The translations under genes and the position numbers were made by a program. A DNA stretch of 64,000 nucleotides from Deltaproteobacteria bacterium (GTDB lineage Bacteria; Bdellovibrionota; FAC87; UBA2466), in the NCBI GenBank assembly GCA_900299195.1, contig OMIX01000098.1, positions 27,302-91,301 of the forward strand. The letters run 5' to 3'. The first letter of the stretch is position 1. Every line of letters starts with the position of its first letter. This document shows positions 9,453 to 19,183 of the stretch, piece by piece. Under the pieces are notes generated by a model. It ran no database searches, had not been told where the DNA came from, and worked only from the letters and a program-made list of their open reading frames with translations.

Positions 9453-10340
9453 ATGCGTAAACATCTACATTCAGCTGCAAAGATTAATTTGGGGTTGTCG
9501 ATTGTCGGTCGACGAGCTGATGGTTACCACTTACTAGAAAGTTTATTTTGGCCTTTGAGTTTCGGGGACTCGCTCGAAATCAGTCCGGGATCGGGAAAGG
9601 TCTCTTTAACATGGGATGAAAGCGCGCCATTCCCTATCTTTGAATTGCCCGATGAAGCGAATAACATTGTTAGCAAAGTTTTGAGAGCACTTCCCAATAC
9701 GAAACTTGATTTTGATGTATGTATCAAAAAACAAATTCCCATCGGAGGTGGAATGGGTGGGGGCTCATCGAATGTTGGCACTTTGCTTAGATACCTAAAA
9801 TCAGAAAATAAACTTCAAATACCCACCTTAAACCTCTGGTCTTGTCAGTTTGGAGCCGATATTCCTTTTTTCATATATGACAGCCCTGCTTGGGTAAGTG
9901 GGGTGGGTGAAAATGTTCTCCCCATAAAATGTGATTCCCAATTAATCAAAAATCTTTATTTTTTGGTAGTTCTGTTCCCTTTCGGTTGTGAAACAAAACG
10001 TATTTTCTCAACTTTTAAAGAATTGAATAAACCCTTCTCTGCACAGACTCATCCTTTTCAAAATGGCACAATCAACAAAAACAGTTTTGAAACCTACCTG
10101 AAAAGTGCAAAAAATGATCTCGAACCGATGGTGTCTGAGCTTTACCCCGACATCAGACGAATTCTCACAAAATTAAATGATGTTGAATGCTTGTACTCCG
10201 GTCTCTCTGGAAGTGGCTCCACTTGTTTCGCCGTTTTTGATTGTTTAGAAAAACTCCAAAAAACCTCTAAAGATCTTCAAGGTTTTTTCCGATCTAACAA
10301 CTGTAAAAGTATTTTTGCCGAAACATATACGACACATTGA
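9453..10340 (+). CDS. ispE: 4-diphosphocytidyl-2-C-methyl-D-erythritol kinase
   Basis: AKINLGLSIVGRRADGYHLLESLF and PIGGGMGGGSSN are GHMP kinase/IspE motifs. Start moved to the internal Met (MRKHLH) of ORF 9366..10340. Confidence 0.85.
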   Translation: MRKHLHSAAKINLGLSIVGRRADGYHLLESLFWPLSFGDSLEISPGSGKVSLTWDESAPFPIFELPDEANNIVSKVLRALPNTKLDFDVCIKKQIPIGGGMGGGSSNVGTLLRYLKSENKLQIPTLNLWSCQFGADIPFFIYDSPAWVSGVGENVLPIKCDSQLIKNLYFLVVLFPFGCETKRIFSTFKELNKPFSAQTHPFQNGTINKNSFETYLKSAKNDLEPMVSELYPDIRRILTKLNDVECLYSGLSGSGSTCFAVFDCLEKLQKTSKDLQGFFRSNNCKSIFAETYTTH

Positions 10341-10388
10341 ATAAAGCAACTTTGAGATTGCCATTGTAACCGTACCAAGGGGAACATC

Positions 10389-10712
10389 ATGGAAATCACC
10401 GAGATTAAAATATTTCCGGTAAATGAAGACAAACTGAAGGCCTATGTAACTATTATTTTTGAAAACTGTTTCGTAGTTAGGGATTTAAAAATAATAAACG
10501 GTAATACAGGCTTATTCGTTGCCATGCCCAGTAAAAAAAGAAAAGACGGCACATTCCGCGACATCGCCCATCCACTTAACAGTGAGATGAGGAATGCTAT
10601 GGAAAAACTCATTCTTAAAGCCTACGAAGATGAGCTTAAAAAGATGACTGCAGCGGCCCACAAAAGCATGGAAGCCCTTAGCGGGCAAAAACGCAACTAC
10701 GATGATGAATAA
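10389..10712 (+). CDS. spoVG: SpoVG family protein
   Basis: MEITEIKIFPVNEDKLKAYVTIIFENCFVVRDLKIINGNTGLFVAMPSKKRKDGTFRDIAHP is the SpoVG fold. Downstream of ispE as in the Bacillus arrangement. Confidence 0.8.
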   Translation: MEITEIKIFPVNEDKLKAYVTIIFENCFVVRDLKIINGNTGLFVAMPSKKRKDGTFRDIAHPLNSEMRNAMEKLILKAYEDELKKMTAAAHKSMEALSGQKRNYDDE

Positions 10713-10727
10713 CCAATAAGTAAGCCG

Positions 10728-11429
10728 TTACTCCCCCACCAAACTGATACGTCCTTTAATATGTTCTGTCATAAATTGAACCACTTGATTGATACTCATT
10801 TTTGAAGTGTCCACCACAATAGCATCTTCGGCACACTTAAGCGGGGCGTGCTTTCGACCAGAATCTTGTTTATCCCTGTCAATATTAGCTTTCAAAATTG
10901 CCTTAAGTGAGATGCCTTTGCTTCCCTGCTTTTTTAGTTGTTGATATCTTCGCTCAGCCCGAACCTTGGGATCCGCGGTCACATAAAATTTATAATCCAC
11001 CTTAGGAAACACTACAGTTCCAATATCTCTTCCCTCAACTATAACTGGACAATCTTGAGCCCAGGCTTTGGCGAGTTTTCTCTGACAAGCAGTTAAAGTT
11101 TGTCGAACTCCCTTGAATGCACTCACTTTCGAAGCAAGACCGCTAACCCTTTGCGTTCTTAGCCTTTGTCCCAACTCTTGTCCGTTAACTAAAAGAGACT
11201 GATTTTTGGCATCGTAGCCGAAGGTGAGTTCTCGAGCAATTTTGGAAAAACCGGTCGCAGTAGTGATATTTTTGTGACTGGCATAATAGGCAACACTTCG
11301 ATACATAGCTCCCGTATCCAACAATCTCCCACTCAGCTCTAAAGCTAAAAGCCGACTCACTGTGGATTTTCCGGCGCCCGCAGGCCCATCAATAGCCACG
11401 ATATATCCCTTTTTAATTCCTCTTCTCAT
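10728..11429 (-). CDS. cmk: Cytidylate kinase
   Basis: IVAIDGPAGAGKSTVSRLLA P-loop and CMP-kinase family length. Confidence 0.9.
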   Translation of the reverse strand: MRRGIKKGYIVAIDGPAGAGKSTVSRLLALELSGRLLDTGAMYRSVAYYASHKNITTATGFSKIARELTFGYDAKNQSLLVNGQELGQRLRTQRVSGLASKVSAFKGVRQTLTACQRKLAKAWAQDCPVIVEGRDIGTVVFPKVDYKFYVTADPKVRAERRYQQLKKQGSKGISLKAILKANIDRDKQDSGRKHAPLKCAEDAIVVDTSKMSINQVVQFMTEHIKGRISLVGE

Positions 11430-12168
11430 CCTGAGTTAACTCCCAAAGTTTTGCCCACTTCAAAAATACGGAATAAGCAGCAGAAACCGATATAAAAAGA
11501 CCGCGGTAACCATCCAGAAAACCAAGTTTAATCAAATAGGTTTCTATAAATTTTGAAATAGGCTTAGTAAAAAGTTTACACAAAGAAAAATGTCTTTGGT
11601 TTTCTAGCAGCGCTTTGGCGCCTAAGCTAGAGTAAAGATTGTTTCGCTCTACTTGGTCGGAAATACTATCAAAAGAATAGTGGATCAAATCATTCTCAAG
11701 GTTTCCGGTTTGCCCCTGGGTTTGCCAAAACTCATGAACCGCCCCCCCGTTCCACTTGCCTTTAGTTTTATCGAAAAGTCTGACTAACCGATTAGGATAC
11801 CAACCTCCATATTTTATCCACTGACCGGAATGAATAGTCCTTCTGGCAACCCAATACGCACTTGCTGTAGGCTTGCCTCCTAAGAGTTCAAGAATCTCTC
11901 TTCGCAGCTCAGACGATACCTCTTCGTCCGCATCGACCGATAAAATCCAAGAATGATGGGCAAGACCAAGAGCATAGTTTTTTTGATCAACATACCCCTG
12001 CCATTTTCTTTGATAAATTTTTGACGTGTAGTTCTTGGCAATCTCTAAAGTCTTATCTGTACTAAAGGAATCGACTAAAATGATTTCATCGCAGAATTCA
12101 AGGGAAGCTAAACACCGAGCAATGTTTTTCTCCTCGTTTTTCGTAATAACGACTGCCGACAAACTCAC
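11413..12168 (-). CDS. Family-2 glycosyltransferase, WaaE/KdtX-like (LPS core glycosyltransferase)
   Basis: SAVVITKNEEKNIARCLASL...EIILVDSFSTDKTLEIA and the C-terminal FLDGYRG..IS...A...F.KWAKLWE are typical of ~250-aa KdtX/WaaE proteins. Sits in the lipid A operon. Confidence 0.6.
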   Translation of the reverse strand: MSLSAVVITKNEEKNIARCLASLEFCDEIILVDSFSTDKTLEIAKNYTSKIYQRKWQGYVDQKNYALGLAHHSWILSVDADEEVSSELRREILELLGGKPTASAYWVARRTIHSGQWIKYGGWYPNRLVRLFDKTKGKWNGGAVHEFWQTQGQTGNLENDLIHYSFDSISDQVERNNLYSSLGAKALLENQRHFSLCKLFTKPISKFIETYLIKLGFLDGYRGLFISVSAAYSVFLKWAKLWELTQDEKRN

Positions 12169-14063
12169 TAGTGCTCCTTAATCGAAGTTAAAAGACCATA
12201 GAGTGAGCCGATTTTTATTTTTGCATCAAATTTAACCAAGTGCTTTTTTGAGTCGTCACTGAGCCACATATAAACATCGCCCATAGGTTTTAGAACATTG
12301 TTTAAAGAAACGTGCACCAAAATCTTCCAACACTGGAAAGCTCCAACTCTACTGGTCACAAGCTCATTAGCTACAGGGGTAAGTTCCACTTCCCAATTTT
12401 GCCCATTCTCATAAACAACAAACTTTTGCTTTTCATTGAGCTTATAATTGAGGTATCGAGCGTAGTAAATAGCGCTCCATAGATCTTTGGCCTGAGGAAT
12501 CAAAATATCTGTTCTATCTACATCTAAATTTCCCCATCGCTCAGATATTCTTTTAGCCCAGTAAAAGGCTTTACCGTTAACGTGGTCAAAAGCCACTCGA
12601 GTCTCTTTGATCTGTTTAGATTCCACCATGTGGAGAAGAAATTTGTAGGGTAGCAAAGCCTCTCTGTCCACAAACGACTCAGCCGTATTATCAACATGAT
12701 AAATGGCATCCACCAATTTGGAAGATAAGACATTACCCCACAGTTGGTAGGTGGGACGGCCGTTAAGAACAGGTCCTTCGCGAACCTCCAAAATCGCTTT
12801 TCCCGCAGGAATCGCTAACCACCTGAGATCCATTTCAACTCTCTCACCCACTTCGAATGGAATCTTATGAGATGGAATCACATGAAACGAAGATTTATGT
12901 TCCTCTGGTATAGTTTTTGTCGTCTCTTCTTTTTTATTTTGAACTTTTTTATTAGCCTCTTTTACCTTTTTTACTCCGGTCTTGGAGGGTTCTTTGGGTT
13001 TTTGTATTGGCATTTGAGGTTGTTCGATTTCTTCTTCGCCTGGAAGAGCTGCTTCAAGGGTGGGAGCCACAATGGTGGGATCTGGAGGCAAAGCGATGCC
13101 GGTAGGGGTAGGTGCCTTACTCGCACACGCACTCACTAAAAAGATCGTTAGAACTAGCCCTACCATCCCGCTCAGTCTTTTTTCCCACCGCGACTTACCC
13201 TTAAACTCTTTCCAACGACGGTGAATCCAAAGCCATTGCTCTGGGTGCTTTCGGATCATCGACTCCATAGCCTTATTGTAAATGTGAGTTCTATGGTAAA
13301 TTCTTTCGGACCTAGTCTCAGGTAATTTGCCATAATCTAGTTGCGGTTCAATCACGGTGCACAATCTCCCTTGAATATCTCTATAATTGTACGCTGGAAA
13401 TACAGGGATATCACGTTTCTCGCAAAAAAGAGCAAGACCAGCTGCAGTACCCGCTGGCCTGCCAAAAAATTCCACAGGAACCCCAATGGGTGGCCCCATA
13501 AATTGGTCGAGAATAAATACCACAAACCTTCCGGAACCTATCGAGTCGAATATTTCGCTAACCGTTTTAGACTCAAAAAAAACGCCGATTCCAAACCGAT
13601 TCCGATACCAATCTAAAAACTTTTGTCCCTGCTTATTTTTAGACTCTTTCACTATCACATCCACCGGAATACCGTGAGCTGCCGCAGTTGCAACAGCGAA
13701 CTCCCAGTTTCCAAGGTGAGTGCCCAAAAATACCCCTCCTTTTTTTTGCTCAAGTAAAGATTGAATATTTTCGATTCCCTGAAGGGCGGTATGGTCAAGA
13801 TAATCTCTCTTAGACCAGTTGATCGAATTTAATATCTCAAAAAGGTTCTTAGCATAGTGCTCATAATTTTTTTGGGCAATCGCATGAATCTCTTCGTCAC
13901 CTTTCTCTTTATCAAAGGCAATTTGTAAATTTTCAGTCACAATGTCTCGACGAAATTTAACGGTCCGATAAACAAATTGTCCTAAAGCCCTAGAAAAGAA
14001 ATGACTAACTTTAGCGGGAATAAATCCGAGGAAAAAGGACAACATTTTCAGAAGCCAAATCAC
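12168..14063 (-). CDS. Fusion protein: N-terminal lipid A lauroyl/myristoyl acyltransferase (LpxL/HtrB family), then a TM, a Pro/Lys-rich linker and a C-terminal ~260-aa domain (DUF3108-like)
   Basis: N-terminus MIWLLKMLSFFLGFIPAKVSHFFSRALGQFVYR...HIYNKAMESMIRKHPEQWLWIHRRWK is LABLAT-like. The linker PTPTGIALPPDPTIVAPT...KKVKEANKKVQNKKEE is followed by a domain starting FEVGERVEMDLRW that I recall as DUF3108. Confidence 0.6.
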   Translation of the reverse strand: MIWLLKMLSFFLGFIPAKVSHFFSRALGQFVYRTVKFRRDIVTENLQIAFDKEKGDEEIHAIAQKNYEHYAKNLFEILNSINWSKRDYLDHTALQGIENIQSLLEQKKGGVFLGTHLGNWEFAVATAAAHGIPVDVIVKESKNKQGQKFLDWYRNRFGIGVFFESKTVSEIFDSIGSGRFVVFILDQFMGPPIGVPVEFFGRPAGTAAGLALFCEKRDIPVFPAYNYRDIQGRLCTVIEPQLDYGKLPETRSERIYHRTHIYNKAMESMIRKHPEQWLWIHRRWKEFKGKSRWEKRLSGMVGLVLTIFLVSACASKAPTPTGIALPPDPTIVAPTLEAALPGEEEIEQPQMPIQKPKEPSKTGVKKVKEANKKVQNKKEETTKTIPEEHKSSFHVIPSHKIPFEVGERVEMDLRWLAIPAGKAILEVREGPVLNGRPTYQLWGNVLSSKLVDAIYHVDNTAESFVDREALLPYKFLLHMVESKQIKETRVAFDHVNGKAFYWAKRISERWGNLDVDRTDILIPQAKDLWSAIYYARYLNYKLNEKQKFVVYENGQNWEVELTPVANELVTSRVGAFQCWKILVHVSLNNVLKPMGDVYMWLSDDSKKHLVKFDAKIKIGSLYGLLTSIKEH

Positions 14064-15112
14064 GCTTTCGCCTCTCCAATTTTAACTCTCAACCAACTCC
14101 AGAATTCTTGAGCTAATTTATATTCTGTTCTTAGACTAAATAAAGGTATCTGATTTATCTTAAAAAATGGGGCTGCCTTGGCCCAGTCTTTATCGGTAGT
14201 AACATAGATGTTGCCGTTTTTTTTATTTCCCAACTCAACTACATTTTGCAAGTCGTCATCGCGATATTGATGATGGTCCGGAAAACTTTGGAGGTGTTGT
14301 GACCCAGGAAAAAGCTGCTGAACAGCAGAGGTGAACCGTTGCGGAGATGCGATACCACAAAAAGACACTATTCGATCATGAAGTTCGATTTTTTTTTCCA
14401 TTTGTTCATAAAACAATCCTAGTACTTTGTGCTCGGCTTGAAAGATTTTAAGATTGGGAAAAGCTTTTTCCAGAAAAGTTCTCCAAACATCAGCCCCACC
14501 CCCATTGGCGCCTGGGGTTAAAACAACAGCGTCTGCATGCCGAAGAGCCGACAGAGGCTCTCTCAACTCACCAAGCGGCAAACAAAAGTTGTCTTCGATC
14601 TTTTTGTCAGTATTGATGCAGATAAGACTGATATCTTTTGAGACCGACAGTCTTTGAAATCCGTCGTCCAAAACAACTAGGCACTTCGGGTAAGAAAGTT
14701 CTACTTTTTTAATCATCGATAAACGATCTTGTGCAATAAAAACTGGAGCGTCGGTTTGATTGGCCAACATCCAAGATTCGTCCCCATAGCACTCAACCCC
14801 TTGTTTATTTTCCCTTTCAACACGAGAACCCGTCGAGGAGAGTTTGCCCTTATAACCACGAGAAACTATCACTGGAGAGAGATCTTTAAGATGGTCGTTA
14901 ATGGCTTTAACCAACGGCGTTTTACCCGAACCCCCACTATGAATATTTCCAACACACACCACTTTGATATTAATTTTTTTGTTAAGGAAATAGGGATAAA
15001 ATTTGCGTCGTAGATGGGTCGCGAGGGCCCAAAGACAGGACAGCGGGAAGAAAATAATCCAAAAAAATTGAGTGATCCTCGCACTCATTTTAGATTCTCG
15101 CTCCCTCCTCAA
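14060..15112 (-). CDS. lpxK: Tetraacyldisaccharide 4'-kinase
   Basis: KVVCVGNIHSGGSGKTPLVKAI is the LpxK P-loop. Operon context. Confidence 0.8.
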   Translation of the reverse strand: MRRERESKMSARITQFFWIIFFPLSCLWALATHLRRKFYPYFLNKKINIKVVCVGNIHSGGSGKTPLVKAINDHLKDLSPVIVSRGYKGKLSSTGSRVERENKQGVECYGDESWMLANQTDAPVFIAQDRLSMIKKVELSYPKCLVVLDDGFQRLSVSKDISLICINTDKKIEDNFCLPLGELREPLSALRHADAVVLTPGANGGGADVWRTFLEKAFPNLKIFQAEHKVLGLFYEQMEKKIELHDRIVSFCGIASPQRFTSAVQQLFPGSQHLQSFPDHHQYRDDDLQNVVELGNKKNGNIYVTTDKDWAKAAPFFKINQIPLFSLRTEYKLAQEFWSWLRVKIGEAKA

Positions 15113-16241
15113 GGTTCGGTTCGCCTTGAAAAAAGGCGGCTACATTTTTAGCAGCCCTGAGATTAGCTCCCTTATCACCCAGTTTTTTTCTACATTCCTG
15201 TAGGCTGGAAATCTGCTTTGCTCGGTATGGCTCATTCTGGATTAATCGTTCTACTTCTTCGAATAGACCGTCTGAACTGGCCTTTTCCTGAAAAAATTCT
15301 CGCACAACTTCTCGACCGTGCAGCAAATTTGGCATTCCGATGTATCCTCGGTAGCTCATCAAGTTTTTCCAAATCCATGCACTTGTGGGGGATACTTTAT
15401 AAAATAAAGCGAAAGGGGTTCCAATGAGAGCTGTTTCCAGAGTAGCGGTTCCACTGGCCACCAAAGCTAAATCAGACCACTCTAATAATTGATGTGAATT
15501 GCCCTGCACTAAAGTGAGGTTTTCTGTTGAGACATGCTTTTTCACGAAATCAATGTTTAAAGTCGGTGCTACTGGAACCTTGATCTCTGCGTTTGGATAT
15601 TTTCGTTTAATTTTTTCAGCGACCTGGCTCAATAAATTCCCATGAAATTTGACTTCGCTCCTACGACTTCCCGGAAGAAACGCAATTCGAGGATTTGATT
15701 CGATTTCAGATTGAGACCGATAATTGGCTCTGGAGTTTAGAAGTTCTAATAACGGATGTCCTACAAAAGAAACTTTCATTCCCTCTTTAGCATAGAAATC
15801 TTTTTCAAATGGGAAAACAACCATCATCAAATCGATGTCTCGTTTGATTTGGTGGATACGATACTTTCTCCAAGCCCAGACTTGAGGAGAAATATAATAA
15901 ATAACAGGAACTCTCTTACGTTTGAGTAGCTTTGCCAAACGCAAATTAAAATCAGGAAGGTCTAACAAAACAGCGAAGTCGGGGGGATGCGCTTTCAGCG
16001 TATTAACAACAGTCCTGTATCCTCTTAAAACCTCTCCCGCCCGATCAAACCAGTCTGATATGCCAACAACATTTAATCTCTCCGATTCAAGCAATATATT
16101 CATTCCGGCTTCCCTGAGTCGAGCCCCACCCACACCAAAACACTCTATTTCAGGATGTAATTTTTTTAACTCCTTCAGAAGGGCAGCTGCATGCAGATCT
16201 GCTGAAGCTTCCCCAGCCACCATGAATAATCGAGTTTTCAT
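15090..16241 (-). CDS. lpxB: Lipid-A-disaccharide synthase
   Basis: MVAGEASADLHAAALLKELKK...FGVGG N-terminus and GT19 length. Confidence 0.85.
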   Translation of the reverse strand: MKTRLFMVAGEASADLHAAALLKELKKLHPEIECFGVGGARLREAGMNILLESERLNVVGISDWFDRAGEVLRGYRTVVNTLKAHPPDFAVLLDLPDFNLRLAKLLKRKRVPVIYYISPQVWAWRKYRIHQIKRDIDLMMVVFPFEKDFYAKEGMKVSFVGHPLLELLNSRANYRSQSEIESNPRIAFLPGSRRSEVKFHGNLLSQVAEKIKRKYPNAEIKVPVAPTLNIDFVKKHVSTENLTLVQGNSHQLLEWSDLALVASGTATLETALIGTPFALFYKVSPTSAWIWKNLMSYRGYIGMPNLLHGREVVREFFQEKASSDGLFEEVERLIQNEPYRAKQISSLQECRKKLGDKGANLRAAKNVAAFFQGEPNLEEGARI

Positions 16242-16242
16242 T

Positions 16243-17217
16243 TTAATGCTCTCTTATCAGAGCTGTTGTTTCAACATGAGCCAAAGCTCTTAACGGAACT
16301 TGAGTCAATCTTATTGAGTCACGTATTTTTTGAGTTAGCTCAATCACTTTAGCTCCTTGAATAGCTGTTATGATTGGAGTTGAGTTGCTCTGAATTGAGC
16401 GAACAAAACTCTTGGCCTGATGTTCGAGAGCATCAAAGTTAGAAAGGTTTGAATTTGGGGAGTTCATCAACACTGAGGGAGCCATAAACTTTGAATTCGT
16501 AACAAAATCAAACTCTGAAAAATAGTTCAAGCTTATGACCTTTAAAGACCTTACCACTTTGGGAGCCACTCGACTCGCCTGTAGGGTTGCCACAACACCA
16601 TTGGAAAATTCTAAACGAGCTTTAGCTAAATCTAAGTAGTCGGTGACGACAGAAAAGCCCTCGGCCGTTATTCGAATAGGATCCTCTTTGACTAAAGATA
16701 ACACCAAATCAAGGTCATGAATCATCAAATCACTGATGACATCCACGGAAGGTTCTCGACCTACACCCATAGATAGCCGTTGGGACTCCAAATGAGCAGT
16801 GGAGGGAATTCTATCCTGCCCTAACATCGCCTGTAGTCGAAATCTTTCCAGAAATCCAACCTGACAAATCAAGCCCTTAGCTTGAGCCAGATGATCTAGG
16901 GCTGCAGCCTCTTCAACAGTTTCACACATCGGCTTTTCAATAAGAACATGGCATCCCGATTCTAAAGCATGTTTGGCGACCGCGTAATGCGTGTGCGTTG
17001 GACTAGCAACCACCACAGCTTCAGATAAAAACAAAAGTTCTTCGAGCGAATGGTAAGTTCGAACTCCGAGCTGATGGGAAAGCTCTTTTGCTCGCTCCAA
17101 GTTTGGCTCGAAAATTCCAATAAGTTCAACTTCTGGTAGTCGTTCAAACTTAGTCAGATGGAGGGCACCCATTCTGCCTGTGCCAACAATCCCTATTTTA
17201 GTCCTAAGCTTCATCAC
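16243..17217 (-). CDS. Gfo/Idh/MocA-family NAD-dependent oxidoreductase embedded in the lpx operon, GnnA-like (candidate UDP-GlcNAc 3-dehydrogenase)
   Basis: KIGIVGTGRMGALHL...ELIGIFEPN...ASPTHTHYAVAKHALESGCHVLIEKP Rossmann fold. Located between lpxB and lpxA. Confidence 0.55.
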   Translation of the reverse strand: MMKLRTKIGIVGTGRMGALHLTKFERLPEVELIGIFEPNLERAKELSHQLGVRTYHSLEELLFLSEAVVVASPTHTHYAVAKHALESGCHVLIEKPMCETVEEAAALDHLAQAKGLICQVGFLERFRLQAMLGQDRIPSTAHLESQRLSMGVGREPSVDVISDLMIHDLDLVLSLVKEDPIRITAEGFSVVTDYLDLAKARLEFSNGVVATLQASRVAPKVVRSLKVISLNYFSEFDFVTNSKFMAPSVLMNSPNSNLSNFDALEHQAKSFVRSIQSNSTPIITAIQGAKVIELTQKIRDSIRLTQVPLRALAHVETTALIREH

Positions 17218-17229
17218 GATTCACTTTTC

Positions 17230-18036
17230 TTACCGGTGGACTCCCACTTTAGAGGATTTGACAAAATCTAAAAACACTTTGGCATCTTCACTTTCAGGAA
17301 ATTCAACACTGATTTTCTCTAAGGCTTTAGAGACCGTCAGGTTCTGCAATAAAAAGATCTTATAAATTTCTTTCATGTCTGCAATTCGCTTAGAGTCTAT
17401 TCCGGCTCTTTCCATTCCTACACGATTGATTCCCTGAATTTGAAAATCATTTCCTTTTCCCGCCAAAAAGGGAGGCAAATCTTTTCTTATGAGAGATCCT
17501 CCACCGATATAACAATATCTTCCAACTCTGCAGTGTTGAACAACTCCTGTTTGGCCTCCAACAGTCGCAAAATCTTCAACTATCACATGCCCAGCTAATT
17601 GAGACGCATTCACAATGATAACTTTATTACCCACATGACAATCATGGCCGACGTGAACATAGGCCATGATCAAACAATCACTTCCAATTCGAGTGACTCC
17701 ACCGCCCATAACGGTACCGCGATGAACAGTTACTGACTCTCGAAAAACCACCCGATCGCCCACAACTACTTCAGTCGGCTCATTTTTATATCCTAAGTGC
17801 TGTGGCTCTCCACCCAACACAGAAAAAGGGAATACTTTACAATCATTACCTAGCGTAACCCGGCCGCGAATAATTACATTCTCTTGGATTTCGCAGTTAT
17901 CTCCAACGATAGCATCTGAACTGATAACTGAAAAAGGACCTACCCGAGTTCCTTTTCCCAACTTGGCTCCAGAGTGAATGATCGCAGTAGGATGAATCAG
18001 GTCATGATTTTGAATTTCCATGTATTTCCTTTTCAA
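17230..18036 (-). CDS. lpxA: Acyl-ACP:UDP-N-acetylglucosamine O-acyltransferase
   Basis: IHPTAIIHSGAKLGKGTRVGPFSVI... hexapeptide repeats, ~260 aa. The start may be the internal Met (MEIQ). Confidence 0.85.
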   Translation of the reverse strand: MKRKYMEIQNHDLIHPTAIIHSGAKLGKGTRVGPFSVISSDAIVGDNCEIQENVIIRGRVTLGNDCKVFPFSVLGGEPQHLGYKNEPTEVVVGDRVVFRESVTVHRGTVMGGGVTRIGSDCLIMAYVHVGHDCHVGNKVIIVNASQLAGHVIVEDFATVGGQTGVVQHCRVGRYCYIGGGSLIRKDLPPFLAGKGNDFQIQGINRVGMERAGIDSKRIADMKEIYKIFLLQNLTVSKALEKISVEFPESEDAKVFLDFVKSSKVGVHR

Positions 18037-19045
18037 TTAATTTGATCTTTTCAATCCAATGCGGAAGATCTCTGTAAAAGACATGGGATCTTAAGGCATG
18101 GCGCATCGGCATGGCCGGAGTAGAAAAATAACTTTCTCCTCCTTTCAAATCAGAGGTAACTCCCGTTTGGCCCCCCACTTTTGCCCCTTTTCCAATGGTA
18201 ATATGATCTCCAACTCCCACTTGACCGGCTAAAATAACCCCATCTTCAAGAACCGAAGAGCCAGCTATTCCTACCTGAGCGCACAAGATCGTGTTTCTGC
18301 CTAACCTGCAATTATGACCAATGTGAACTTGATCATCCAATTTAGAACCTTTTCCAATTCTAGTTTCTCCCAATGTGCCGCGATCGATTGTGCAGTGAGC
18401 ACCAATACGAACATCATCTTCCACTACTACACACCCAAGCTGAGGCATTTCGAGATGCCCCTCATCCCCTTGAATCAAACCAAAACCATCTGAACCCAAA
18501 ACGCTTCCAGAAAAAATCTTTACTCTGTCTCCGACCACAACATTCACTAACAAAGTTACATGGGGGTGAATTTCGCATTGAGCCCCCACTTTTACTTTGG
18601 GACCAATATAAGCATGAGGATAAATTTGAGTATTGGGACCAATTTCAGCTCCCTCACACACGATTGCAAAAGGACCAATAGCAGCCGAGGGATCGACTTT
18701 AGCTGAGGTGTGGACATCGGCTTTTTCTGATATCCCGACTCTCGCTTTTTTAGGAGAAAAAGCCGAAGCAATTTGCGCAAAAACAACTTTAGGCTCGGAT
18801 ACGAGGATATAACTCAATGGAAGCTCATAGCGGGCCAAGTCTTTCGTAGTGAGGACCACAACCCCTTTCTCAAAAGATTGTAAATATTGAGAACTTTTTT
18901 TATCTGCCACAAAACAAAGAGTCCCTCTTTGAGCATTTTGAACAGAGGTTAAGCTCTCTACTAACGATTCAGAATCGCCATAAAGCTCTGCGTTAAATCG
19001 TTGGGCTATTTGACCCGCAGTTATTGGAAAATCAAGCGTCCCCAT
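18002..19045 (-). CDS. lpxD: UDP-3-O-acylglucosamine N-acyltransferase
   Basis: N-terminal LpxD domain followed by long hexapeptide-repeat beta-helix, 347 aa. First gene of the operon. Confidence 0.85.
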   Translation of the reverse strand: MGTLDFPITAGQIAQRFNAELYGDSESLVESLTSVQNAQRGTLCFVADKKSSQYLQSFEKGVVVLTTKDLARYELPLSYILVSEPKVVFAQIASAFSPKKARVGISEKADVHTSAKVDPSAAIGPFAIVCEGAEIGPNTQIYPHAYIGPKVKVGAQCEIHPHVTLLVNVVVGDRVKIFSGSVLGSDGFGLIQGDEGHLEMPQLGCVVVEDDVRIGAHCTIDRGTLGETRIGKGSKLDDQVHIGHNCRLGRNTILCAQVGIAGSSVLEDGVILAGQVGVGDHITIGKGAKVGGQTGVTSDLKGGESYFSTPAMPMRHALRSHVFYRDLPHWIEKIKLIEKEIHGNSKS

Positions 19046-19183
19046 GGTTTTTGACCCTAATCGGATAGTCTACAGATGTAAATGGAGATTGCGCGTCAAA
19101 ACCCGCTTTTAAGGCTCTAAACCCACTCCGTGTCACGGGCTGATTCGGGCTATAATTAAGCTTCTACCTTCCTTTTTACAATC

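Noticed and set aside
12524-13677. Antisense ORFs inside the LpxL-fusion gene (12524..12733 -, 12867..13139 +, 13341..13616 +, 13387..13677 +)
   Set aside because: They are low-complexity translations of the Lys/Pro-rich linker region or its opposite strand, with no motifs, and the host gene has a clear domain structure. The same reasoning applies to other short antisense ORFs in the track (e.g. 1440..1661, 2366..2641, 3728..4015, 14454..15084, 57158..58277).
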